Part shown: positions 57,201 to 64,000 of the stretch, piece after piece | How the letters are laid out: the number at the start of each line of letters is the position of its first letter | How positions within the stretch are numbered: the stretch's first letter is position 1 | From: Candidatus Ozemobacteraceae bacterium | GTDB taxonomy: Bacteria > Muiribacteriota > Ozemobacteria > Ozemobacterales > Ozemobacteraceae | NCBI GenBank assembly: GCA_965140445.1 | Contig: OZ223236.1 | Span: forward strand, 4,416,001-4,480,000 | Direction: 5' to 3' | Length of the DNA: 64,000 nucleotides | Notes under the pieces: model-generated | The model's input: only the letters and a program-made list of their open reading frames with translations | The model's database searches: none | Told to the model about the DNA's origin: nothing | Translations under genes and position numbers: made by a program

Positions 57201-58187
57201 TACATGCTTATATACTCCGCCTCCGTATGAAAAAAAGTCTTCATATACTTCAAAGCTTGTTATAAGTGGTGATTTCGCCAGGTATGCCTTAATTACATCC
57301 TTTCCATATAATCCGTAACGGTTTGTGACACGATATCTTGTTGTTTCAGAAGGCGGTTCACTTATAGTCGGAGCTTGAGTCAAGTTCACAAAAAGAGAAT
57401 TACTTGGAGCAAATTCATCTTCAACCGTCCCAATCTCACTTAAAAATCGGCCAGAATAATATGCATTCCATCCACCAGGACTTGGTGGAGTTGGACTTAA
57501 ATGTCCAGGAAATGGATATTTCTCAGTTCCTCTCACCCAAAGATAGTATTCAGAAAAAACTTTAAAGTTGTATCCCCAATTGGCAATTGAATTGAGTGAT
57601 TCAAGCAAGCCAATGCTGGCATAACTGACGCAAGTTCCACCTTTTTGATATTTCACCGGCGAAACGTAATTGAAGTTATTATAATTCCGCCAATCTCGAC
57701 CATTTGAAACTGTTTGGGACAAAAAATTTAATCGAACTCGCCCGGCTCCCCTTGCTTGTGGGGTTTCAACAATCGTGGCATCAGAAGGCAGTTGTCCAAT
57801 ATCCGCAGGTAGTTCAGTAGGTGGACTGATAGGAATAGTTGATATTGTGCTGGAAGAATTTTCATCGGTTGGTTGAACAAATGATTCCAGGTCTGGAACT
57901 CCACAAAGCGACTTTGCTTCTTCTTGACTAAAATTAGTGGTGACCCAGGTCTCCGTTGCCGTCCAATTTAAACCAGGATCTTGAGCTTTGGCCTGTTCAA
58001 TTGCAATTTGAACAAGCGAGGGAGTAACGGTCCACCCTGGTTTACTTCCATCACCAGCACCAGCAGGATTACTATCATCTGAAAAATTGCCGATCATACG
58101 GCACCCTGTAACAATCAAACACAGGGCGACTAATAAGAGCAAAAATAACTTGTATCCACTATTTTTGAAAATTTGCTTAAAAACCAT
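51288..58187 (-). CDS. Giant surface lipoprotein: C1A papain-like peptidase + Ig-like repeats + 12 NHL repeats
   Basis: Lipobox IVTG-C. DWR...SPVKYQKGGTC, GGHAVIIVGY, WICKNSWG.FGENGFF. Ig-like repeats and C-terminal NHL repeats. Confidence 0.88.
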   Translation of the reverse strand: MVFKQIFKNSGYKLFLLLLVALCLIVTGCRMIGNFSDDSNPAGAGDGSKPGWTVTPSLVQIAIEQAKAQDPGLNWTATETWVTTNFSQEEAKSLCGVPDLESFVQPTDENSSSTISTIPISPPTELPADIGQLPSDATIVETPQARGAGRVRLNFLSQTVSNGRDWRNYNNFNYVSPVKYQKGGTCVSYASIGLLESLNSIANWGYNFKVFSEYYLWVRGTEKYPFPGHLSPTPPSPGGWNAYYSGRFLSEIGTVEDEFAPSNSLFVNLTQAPTISEPPSETTRYRVTNRYGLYGKDVIKAYLAKSPLITSFEVYEDFFSYGGGVYKHVTGKLAGGHAVIIVGYDDNLNCWICKNSWGNNFGENGFFRIAYGSLRKINGQEYAELWLHSLKMPVRYPEANQNGVNVNRPYFYFFIGDYSINWNTVNNQTIQLQKDGKSIAGRFYSSGYKNRLYFRPDANLEKSSIYTMKVTTGFKNYWGESFEKDESWSFFTEGPPLIAIGEPSVNNTASGPVEFEITFTGAGKVTLTSADVTLNTTGTANGTIEVDGSNQASRTVRISNVIGSGTIGISLKAGIAKSVSGDLSVATGPSSTFKVQNDPPVAVLNNLPADPTNKNTATISVAGDKVTGFKYKLNQGNWSDEMALSLPISLSGLEDGSQTIFVIGRDISGNWQSDSSPSSYTWKIDSKPKVAVLTNTPTNPTNQKTARISVGGTGVVAYKYKFDTGAYGDANSISTAITLSELADGSHTVSVLGGDQVGNWQTEANASSYTWVIDSQAKVAVLSNTPTNLTNLKTANVTVGGDGVVSYKYKLDSGTYSDQIATSSVIALSGLSDGTHSLFVIGGDILGNWQLEANASSYTWVIDTQAKAAVLTNIPSNPTNSKDTNISVGGTGVVSYKYKLDSGSYGDATPVASKIALSGLADGNHKISVIGGDQLGNWQSEASAASCAWLIDSQAKIAVLSNTPNNPTSLATANISVGGTGVVSYRYKLDSGAYSDVISVSSAIALNNLSDGSHSVSVIGADQLGNWQAEETATKHEWIVDSVAPTVILANTPPKTSNQSTANFTVGGSDVVAYKYKLDTGAYSTNEIPVGTALTLSGLGDANHKIAVIGRDAVGNWQTEENAASYSWTIDSSAVTAVLANTPEVVTKINSAAITVGGTGTTHYKFKVDSGEWGAETPIATQVSFSSLSEGVHSVYVIARNSIGTWQAENSATQYTWTIDQTAPSAPTINAVTSPTNSTPQVIGGTKPSDATLVFVNGSSTSVTYPTSTTWQYSMALTSGANAISVKCRDGAGNESSAVTSSIELDSAAPVAPTINAVTSPTNSTLQVIGGTKPSDATLVFVNGSSASVTYPTSTTWQYSMALTSGANAISVKCRDGAGNESSAVTSSIELDSAAPVPPTINAVTSPTSSTPQVIGGTKPSDATLVFVNGSSASVTYPTTTTWQYSMALSAGANAISVKCKDAAGNESSAVASNIIYDNVSPTAPTSVVLTTVGGNLVTNLLNSSNVNLTAQATITAGEATGGEAELLKDGNSFSPAIKDTSISGGDTSVSFDFGLANNSEVQAKFATGGIFSVRLRDAAGNTSISTVGNPTLSVNYSKPGISAVSSGNSNGVYSLNQTIDITVTFSNAVQVVVSVGTPGLTLETGSVDRVATYQSGDGTSTLVFRYTVQAGDFTNKLDYINNAALTLNGGVIRDSSGNNAVLTLASPGSAGSLGANKTFTINTVTNYSFSGRLGEGRGNWWSGERQDGKPYGVAIDSAGNMYVSNSDKNKVFKVSPAGSIITSWGGSGSGDGQFAKPMHVALDSSGNVYVADSENYRIQKFSSAGNFIAKWGSNGSSDGQFNKPMGVAVDSSGNVYVVDTFNHRVQKFDSSGNFISKWGSFGSADDQFSYPAGAAIDSSGNIYIADGNNNRIMKFSSPGVLVGKWVSGSGSSGQGNGEFFNPESIAVDSSGNAYVADTANNRIQKLTTSGVFVTKWGVSGAGDGEFAMPYGIALDTTGNVYVADTNHQCIQKFNSSGTFISRWGPAGSADGQFNEPHEVKVDSSGNIFVADKRNHRIQKFNSSGMLLDKWGSTEGSANGQFSYPKGVAFDSSGNIYVADTSNHRIQKLNSSGGYLTQWGSSGSGNGQFTYPTGIAVDASANIYVVDDGNHRIQKFSSTGGFIGIWGSPGNGDGQFDNPKGIAIDNQGNIYVADTDNQRIQKFNSSMTFVAKWGSNGSGDGQFNYPQGIALDGVGNVYVSDTGNHRIQKFTPTGTFIAKWGSEGSTDGLLQGPYGIAIDVSGNVIIADSSNHSIEKFTP
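51291..52945 (-). repeat. 12 NHL repeats (about 47 aa; probably two six-bladed beta-propellers)
   Basis: Twelve copies of F..P.GIA.D.SGN.YVAD..N.RIQKF, counted in the translation. Confidence 0.9.
53760..54515 (-). repeat. Three near-identical 258-bp (86-aa) Ig-like tandem repeats
   Basis: The anchor GTTACTGAAG recurs at 53881, 54139 and 54397 (period 258). Protein unit is PTINAVTSPT..TPQVIGGTKPSDATLVFVNGSS...RDGAGNESS. Confidence 0.95.
54520..56390 (-). repeat. Seven diverged ~89-aa Ig-like repeats
   Basis: AVL.NTP...VGG.GVV.YKYKLD.G...L.DG.H...G.D..GNWQ...YTW.ID. WQ codons are spaced about 267 bp apart. Confidence 0.88.
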
Positions 58188-58301
58188 ATGATCAACACTC
58201 CGAAACTAAATATTGCAGCCAAAGCTTTTTATAACTTTTTACTTAAACGCATAATTTATATCGTTTTGAACATAATCTCTGTCCGTAAAAACCCGTACAA
58301 A

Positions 58302-58357
58302 AAAATCTGATATGGCTCTGAAAAACGATTAGAGCCATATCAGATTTGTTTTTTTTT
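58302..58357. terminator. Terminator-like hairpin downstream of the response regulator
   Basis: AAATCTGATATGGCTCT-(11 nt)-AGAGCCATATCAGATTT, flanked by A and T runs. Confidence 0.8.
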
Positions 58358-58373
58358 AATTCAGACTTTCTGG

Positions 58374-59024
58374 CTAACTTGGATGAATAATGCGAATGGC
58401 CTCTCGGATTAATTCTCGGTTGTTTTGAACTCCAAGTTTGTTTTTCAGGCGCTCGCAATAGGTTTCTACGGTTCTGGAACTCAGTTCAAGTTGAGTTGCA
58501 ATTTCATGGCAGCCAAAGCCATTTCCAAGAGATTTTAATACTTGCATTTCCCGGTCAGAAAGTTCTTTGAGAATTGAGCCAAGATTACCCTTTGGTAGGT
58601 ATCGCTCTTCAAGGCTTTTGGCCAATGTTGGTCCCAGAAACTGCTTTCCGGATCTGACTTCGGTAATGGCTTCAACTAGTGTTTCTACTGGATCAGACTT
58701 GGTGACATAGCCATTAACTCCTAGCTGTAATACGCCTTCAACAAACAGAGATGAGTCATGCATTGAATAAACTATTATTGATGTGGATGGAAGCATTTTT
58801 CGTATTCCCGAAAGTGTTGAAAAGGCGGTTTCGCCATTCAAAGAGAGGTCTGCGATAATCACATCTACCACTATTGAGGGCAGCATGGCTAAGGCTTCCT
58901 CTGAAGTCCCAACGTCGCCGCAGATCTCAAATCCGCGCTCAAGCAGCATCATTTTTAAACCAAGACGCATTACTGGATGATCTTCAACTAGAAAAATACG
59001 AACTTTCTCAAAATCATTTGTCAT
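58374..59024 (-). CDS. NarL/FixJ family response regulator
   Basis: VEDH, IADLSL, YSMH, VTKS. LuxR HTH LSDREMQVL...IA..L.LS.RTVETY...KL. Confidence 0.94.
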   Translation of the reverse strand: MTNDFEKVRIFLVEDHPVMRLGLKMMLLERGFEICGDVGTSEEALAMLPSIVVDVIIADLSLNGETAFSTLSGIRKMLPSTSIIVYSMHDSSLFVEGVLQLGVNGYVTKSDPVETLVEAITEVRSGKQFLGPTLAKSLEERYLPKGNLGSILKELSDREMQVLKSLGNGFGCHEIATQLELSSRTVETYCERLKNKLGVQNNRELIREAIRIIHPS

Positions 59025-60619
59025 AATTGTTTTTGTTCCCCGTTAATTGGAGCGTAGATCTCAATCCTTACTCCCGCATCCTCAGCCTGGTTTTTAATGC
59101 TCCAGGTTCCTCCAAGTAAATCCACTCTGTAATCTATTAACCTTAAGCCAAGCCCACTTCCAGCTTCTGTTTTTGGTTTGGAAGCACGAGTCTCAGCCTC
59201 AATTCCCAACGGTTTGCCATCATTCTCAATGGTCATACAAATATTATCTTTATCATGGGAAAGATCAATGCAGATTTTTTGCGCTCCACCATGCCTGATA
59301 CCGTTCTGAATGGCCTCCTGAGAAATTCGAAACAAATGTAGGGCAGTATCTGGATTTTGAATTTTAAAATCAGTATCCCCTTTAAAATCACAATCAATTT
59401 TGTACAAAACACTTATCTGAGCAGCAAGGGTCTCGAGAGCATCACCAACCGCTCCTGGTTCAAGAGATAATGGGCATAACCCTCTGGAAAGAGTTCGAAT
59501 CTGATGAACCGCATCCTGCAAAAAGTCCCTCATCATTATGAATTCAGATTCTTCAGTAATATTCCGGGCCGATAGTCGGATTCTGATTGCCTCAAACATG
59601 CATGTCACACCAACGATGTGCTGGCATAGACCGTCATGAAGCTCTCTGCCAATAAAGCGTCGTTCACGTTCGGATATTTCGAGAAGCTTTTTCTCTAGCT
59701 CCTGCCTCAAAAACATGGCTTCTTTAAGCTTTTTGTTCACCTTTAGAAGTTCATCTGTTCTTTCTCTTACTCTTTCTTCTAAACTCTCATTTGCCTGCTT
59801 CAATTGCTCTTCAAGCTTTTTCCTTTCATCAATCACTGCACCAAATCCAACTTGATAAGCGAATTGCCCGTCAGGACCAGTAACAGTAGAAAATGTATCA
59901 TTTAACCAAACATACTCGCCATTTTTCATTTGGTAGCGAAATTCAACGTAATTAGTAAAACGGTCCCCCGTATAACCTTTATACGCTTCTTCCATTTCAG
60001 ATCCCATTCGTTTAAAATCTTCAGGATGTATACCATCTGCAAACTTTGTGTAAGGAATAGCCAATACTTCTTCTATCGTAAGCCCCAAAGCCTCAGCAAA
60101 TCCCTTACTAACATAGTCAAACTTGTTCTTTATTAAATCAACCCGGTAAAGAGCATGTGGCGATTCTTCCAAAACCTCCATAAACCAGCGTTCACTTTCA
60201 GAAAGCTCTGGCTTATTTTTATTATCACCTGAATTGTTGCGAAAAACTCCAATTAGCCATTTTCTGGAATTGGGATCGCCAGATTTCTCAAATTCGATTC
60301 TTGAAGTCATTTCAATGTTTATAAATAGCTCTTCACAATTCTTAATAAGCAAGTTGGTGGAAAATTCTTCCGAAGCTCCCAAATTAATTGGTATAAACAA
60401 GATTGGCAGCTGCCTTTTAGTTCCTTCTGAAAGCATATTCAGAAAATCATCGAATTCCAAGGATGCAACTGGAGGTAATCCCAGCATTGGTCCAAAATTT
60501 CGATCGAAAGTAAATATTTTAGACTCAAAATCAAACTTAAAAAAACTGACAGGAAAAATTGAGGCTAAGAATTCGGCAGAAGGTGGAGGCAGGAATTCAT
60601 CGTCAAAGACATCTCCCAT
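59021..60619 (-). CDS. Cytoplasmic PAS sensor histidine kinase (HisKA_3)
   Basis: PAS (IHPED...EFR...NGEYVW), ERRFIGRELHDGLCQ, QEAIQNGIRH, ENDG, GLGL. ATGA overlap with the response regulator. Confidence 0.92.
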   Translation of the reverse strand: MGDVFDDEFLPPPSAEFLASIFPVSFFKFDFESKIFTFDRNFGPMLGLPPVASLEFDDFLNMLSEGTKRQLPILFIPINLGASEEFSTNLLIKNCEELFINIEMTSRIEFEKSGDPNSRKWLIGVFRNNSGDNKNKPELSESERWFMEVLEESPHALYRVDLIKNKFDYVSKGFAEALGLTIEEVLAIPYTKFADGIHPEDFKRMGSEMEEAYKGYTGDRFTNYVEFRYQMKNGEYVWLNDTFSTVTGPDGQFAYQVGFGAVIDERKKLEEQLKQANESLEERVRERTDELLKVNKKLKEAMFLRQELEKKLLEISERERRFIGRELHDGLCQHIVGVTCMFEAIRIRLSARNITEESEFIMMRDFLQDAVHQIRTLSRGLCPLSLEPGAVGDALETLAAQISVLYKIDCDFKGDTDFKIQNPDTALHLFRISQEAIQNGIRHGGAQKICIDLSHDKDNICMTIENDGKPLGIEAETRASKPKTEAGSGLGLRLIDYRVDLLGGTWSIKNQAEDAGVRIEIYAPINGEQKQL

Positions 60620-60695
60620 AGTATCCTCGCATGTTTGAATTTTTTATTTAGAAGTTTTGATTATATATATTTAATTCTAATTCAGCAATTGGGCA

Positions 60696-60735
60696 AAAAA
60701 ATTGCGCTATACAAATTTGCATAGCGCAACTTTTT
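60696..60735. terminator. Terminator after the Nif3 gene
   Basis: AAAAAA-TTGCGCTAT-(10 nt)-ATAGCGCAA-CTTTTT. Confidence 0.7.
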
Positions 60736-60750
60736 AGTGTCTATAAATAA

Positions 60751-61518
60751 TTACAACCCAGTTGGCAAGTCGATAAACTCATGCTCCAGCTTGAATTCTT
60801 TAGCGATTTTCTCGCCTAGCGCTTTTACCCCAAAGACTTCAGTGGCGTAATGACCTGCGGAAATCATGTGGATTTCACGTTCTCGGACTGAGGCAACGCC
60901 CTGGTGAATTATTTCTCCGGTGAGAATCAGATCAACCTGGCCATCATAAACCATTGGATCAGAGAAAGAACTCCAGCCGCCGCCAGAGACTATTCCGAGA
61001 GTTTTGATTTCTTTTTTGCCAAAATCCAAGTGAGTAATGACCTTGCCTATGGCTTTTTCGATTTTGGCTTTTACCTGCTTAATAGAAATGGGCTTCTCAA
61101 ATTCTGCGTAAGTGCCAATGGCGTTTCCACGGCTTCCGCCAAATGGGCCAACAACTTTTGCGCCAAGAGCTTTGGCTATTAATACGTTGTTTCCGATTTC
61201 TGGATGGGCATCCAAAGGCAAATGCAAAGCATAGAGATTCAGGTTGCCACCCATCAATGTTTTCACTGTGTTCTGTACAAAGCGATCTATCACTTTCCAT
61301 TCGCCGCCTTTCCAGAAGATTCCGTGGTGTACTACTGCAAAATCGGCTTTGCGCTTAATGGCTTCTTTGAAAAAATCCATACTGCCGTCAACGCCAGAAA
61401 CTATCTTTTTAACAGTTTTCTTGCCTTCAAATTGAAGCCCGTTATGGGAATAATCTGGAAAATTAACTTCTGCGAAAGTTTCTTTGATGAAACTTACAAT
61501 TTTATCTCTTGATGCCAT
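60751..61518 (-). CDS. Nif3/YbgI-like dinuclear metal protein
   Basis: DYSHNGLQFEG, VHHG, YALHLPLDAHPEIGNN, LTGE, AGHYATE, FIDLPTGL. Confidence 0.93.
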   Translation of the reverse strand: MASRDKIVSFIKETFAEVNFPDYSHNGLQFEGKKTVKKIVSGVDGSMDFFKEAIKRKADFAVVHHGIFWKGGEWKVIDRFVQNTVKTLMGGNLNLYALHLPLDAHPEIGNNVLIAKALGAKVVGPFGGSRGNAIGTYAEFEKPISIKQVKAKIEKAIGKVITHLDFGKKEIKTLGIVSGGGWSSFSDPMVYDGQVDLILTGEIIHQGVASVREREIHMISAGHYATEVFGVKALGEKIAKEFKLEHEFIDLPTGL

Positions 61519-61521
61519 AAT

Positions 61522-62322
61522 TTATTTCCTTTCGTTTTTCAGAGGAACCGGGGCAAAAAAGCATTTGAATCCCAATTCTTCACACTTTTCTTTTATGAAA
61601 TCTTTCCTTGACTGAGCTTTCGCCCCATCAAGACAAAAAACGTTATAACCTTTCTTCAGCGCATTTTTTAGAAGAACAACTTCCTCTTTCCTATCCCACG
61701 GGTGTTTATGCGCTCCTCTAATTCCGTTGAATAGTCCTTCAACTAACACTCCAGTTACTTTTCCAGGAAATGCACCCTTTTCAAAAAACTCCAGTCCATT
61801 GTGCAAAATCACTTCAGCCCCAGGGTTGAATCTTTTGCAATAAACAGAAATTTCACCTATCAGATATCCCATTTCAAGCTTATTAATTGGGTTATTGGAA
61901 ACCTTTTTGTAGTAATCAGGTCTAGCAAGAAATATCCCGGAAAAGCCTTTCTGCATATACTCCCGAATTTTAAATTTAAGCATTTTTTTGGCTTCGTCAG
62001 AGTAAAATTTTAATAACTGTCCGCCAGCAGGAGGATTACTGCGCTTTATCAGCAAGTCTTTTTCTTTTATTTCCCAGGATAAAAGACGAAACTCTTCAAA
62101 TTGAGTTAAATTAAGCCATGCAACAGGAACCACACCATTTTCCTGCATTTTGCGCAGGTCATGGCGACTCCAGTTGTCTGGCTCTAAAACTGCTATTCCA
62201 GCTGGAACTTCCGCAGCAACCTTCCCAAAATATACAGAAAAAGCATTCAATTGAGAGGCAATACAGCAAAACAGCACCAATGCGATTGCCTGAATAAGCT
62301 TAGAGTTAGATTTGTTTTTCAT
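61522..62322 (-). CDS. Exported GH114/PelA(GH166)-like TIM-barrel protein
   Basis: Signal peptide, FSVYFG, VLEPD, AWLN...EEFR, KGFSGIFL, HNG, LVEGLF, VFCLD. Confidence 0.6.
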   Translation of the reverse strand: MKNKSNSKLIQAIALVLFCCIASQLNAFSVYFGKVAAEVPAGIAVLEPDNWSRHDLRKMQENGVVPVAWLNLTQFEEFRLLSWEIKEKDLLIKRSNPPAGGQLLKFYSDEAKKMLKFKIREYMQKGFSGIFLARPDYYKKVSNNPINKLEMGYLIGEISVYCKRFNPGAEVILHNGLEFFEKGAFPGKVTGVLVEGLFNGIRGAHKHPWDRKEEVVLLKNALKKGYNVFCLDGAKAQSRKDFIKEKCEELGFKCFFAPVPLKNERK

Positions 62323-62328
62323 TAGAAC

Positions 62329-64000
62329 TTACTTCCATTCAGAGATTTTGTAGGAATTTGAAATTTTAACCTGCAATTCAGGTCTGGTTGAGATAAAGTC
62401 GACGCTGATTCTGGAGCGCTTGCCACTAAGCAGATAGTCAAACACAATCTGGTCGGTGAGCAGATTGCCGAAGTAGGCCCAGTGCATTGTGGGCTGCAAA
62501 GTCGGATCTATGGGGAACCACCCCTTACCATCAATAAACACTTCACACCAGGCATGGCCAATTGATGTCTCTTTGCGCATTAGCTCTGGCTTAACCAGAA
62601 AGCCTGTAACCACGCGAGCAGGAATGCCACGAATCAAGCACAAAGAAGCCAAAAGCCTTGAATACTCGGTACAATCGCATTGATCTAAATGTGAGAAAGC
62701 CCAGGCGACCGATTTATCTTCAAAGTTTTCTTTATATCCCAATCCTTTTGCAATGGCTTTAACACAGTTTTGCAAATAGTTGCCCGGCAAGCGTGAAAGC
62801 TTATCAGCAAGCGACTGAACCATTGGGTGATCAAGACTAAGCCGAGGATCAACGGTTAACTCCTTTAAATCAGGCCGCTTCACTCGAAGTCCGCTAATTC
62901 GACTACCAAGAAGAGCCGTAGTGCGAATCCTGTAATTTAGGCGCAAGTGAAAAGTAGATGAAATAAAATCTTTGGGTGTTTCAAACCTTAGCTTGCCGTT
63001 CAAATCCTGGCCTTTAGATTTAATCCTCTTGGCCATATCTCTTTTGATAACCAGCGCTTCAATTAAATCTATCGATTGATGATTTTTTATTTCTGGAGGC
63101 AGCTTCACCAGGAAATCCATTTTTTCAAGTGACTCGGGCTCACTGACCTGAATTGTAATGGTTTCAAAAAACTCAAAATCATTTGGTTTGATCGAAAAAT
63201 AAATTCTTTCAAGGCTTTCCCGGTTAATGATGTCTGGAAACCTTATCAGCGCGTCCCGGCACTCCATATCTAAACCATCCAACTGGCCCGCAAAATACTT
63301 TGCGCGGATATACGCGTCATGGACGTAGCCCTTTTCATCCCTCATTTTTGCTGTTTTGAAGGACCTTATCGCAGGATTGTAATCTTCCCGCTTCAAATAT
63401 TGCAAACCCAATAAATAGAAAGGATATGGGTCGCCCTGAATTTGATGTGCATACTGTTTCAATAAGGCAAAAGCGCTATCACTATCACCCGCCTGATCAT
63501 AGCTTGTAGCAAGAGCAACAGCAAAATTGGGGTCCTCTGGTTTCAATCTATGGGCTAAATTCAAATACGGAACAGCCAGTTCTGGCTTCTTATAGTCATT
63601 TAGCAAAATGACTCCGGCAAGATACGCCGCCTGAAAATTCTTTGGATCTGAAGCAAGTATTCGTCTTGATATCTTCAGACACTCGTCTTCACGACCATTC
63701 AATTTTTTTAAAGCAAGAAGTCGATTGGTCCAGAATCCTGTTTCGGAAGGAGCTTTCCTGCATGCCGCTGCAAACTTTTCTGCAGCCACAGCGAAGTTCT
63801 TAGCCTCCATCTGCCTTAATCCAAGATTATTTAACTCAACTGCCTGATTGAAATTTTCCGGAGAAACTTTTACTTTTTTTACAGCTGGAATGGGAGGTAA
63901 AGTAGTGTTTACACGGGTGCTGGAAATTCCCTGATTTTGGTCTGGCAAAAATCGGTCAAGAATATCTGCAGATAAAGCACTTGAAATAAACACAAATCCA
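62329..64000 (-). CDS. TPR + transglutaminase-like protein (5' end beyond the window)
   Basis: N-terminal TPRs. Triad DCTEYS / GHAWCEV / IDPT and GIPARVVTG. The frame is open to the window edge. Confidence 0.85.
   Translation of the reverse strand, partial: GFVFISSALSADILDRFLPDQNQGISSTRVNTTLPPIPAVKKVKVSPENFNQAVELNNLGLRQMEAKNFAVAAEKFAAACRKAPSETGFWTNRLLALKKLNGREDECLKISRRILASDPKNFQAAYLAGVILLNDYKKPELAVPYLNLAHRLKPEDPNFAVALATSYDQAGDSDSAFALLKQYAHQIQGDPYPFYLLGLQYLKREDYNPAIRSFKTAKMRDEKGYVHDAYIRAKYFAGQLDGLDMECRDALIRFPDIINRESLERIYFSIKPNDFEFFETITIQVSEPESLEKMDFLVKLPPEIKNHQSIDLIEALVIKRDMAKRIKSKGQDLNGKLRFETPKDFISSTFHLRLNYRIRTTALLGSRISGLRVKRPDLKELTVDPRLSLDHPMVQSLADKLSRLPGNYLQNCVKAIAKGLGYKENFEDKSVAWAFSHLDQCDCTEYSRLLASLCLIRGIPARVVTGFLVKPELMRKETSIGHAWCEVFIDGKGWFPIDPTLQPTMHWAYFGNLLTDQIVFDYLLSGKRSRISVDFISTRPELQVKISNSYKISEWK

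Noticed and set aside
47770..60620. Accessory block as a mobile genomic island
   Set aside because: No integrase, transposase, tRNA target or flanking direct repeats were seen.

Overview
AT-rich bacterial chromosomal segment using the standard code (TGA is a stop). I saw no rRNA, tRNA, CRISPR array or transposase. The window opens with the housekeeping cluster rpmH-rnpA-yidD-yidC-jag-mnmE-mnmG on the minus strand. mnmG runs off the window edge and rpmH is too short for the ORF track. No dnaA or oriC lies next to rpmH. That position holds a tightly coupled minus-strand operon, moxR / DUF58 / transglutaminase / cyclase B / cyclase A. The two 4-TM HAMP class III cyclases have reciprocal catalytic defects. 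One keeps only the metal-binding Asp pair (C1-like) and the other keeps only the Lys/Asn/Arg/KGK residues (C2-like). This points to an obligate two-gene heterodimeric cyclase resembling the eukaryotic arrangement, and it is the best candidate for a novel system. The rest of the window holds: M18 peptidase, holA and rpsT; a GAF signalling operon (PP2C, GGDEF, HD-GYP) running into a CBS tRNA nucleotidyltransferase and a site-2 protease; ferritin, rarA and two HD proteins; envelope glycosylation genes; DUF885 and HIT; a TPR-rich unknown operon, nadK and dsbD; an accessory block with an ANT(2'')-like nucleotidyltransferase, a multi-hairpin intergenic element, a 2299-aa papain/Ig/NHL lipoprotein and a NarL-type two-component system; then Nif3, a GH114/PelA-like protein and a TPR-transglutaminase. 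The gene content suggests a deep-branching diderm, possibly Ca. Riflebacteria (inference only). All family calls come from motif recognition by eye, not from database searches.
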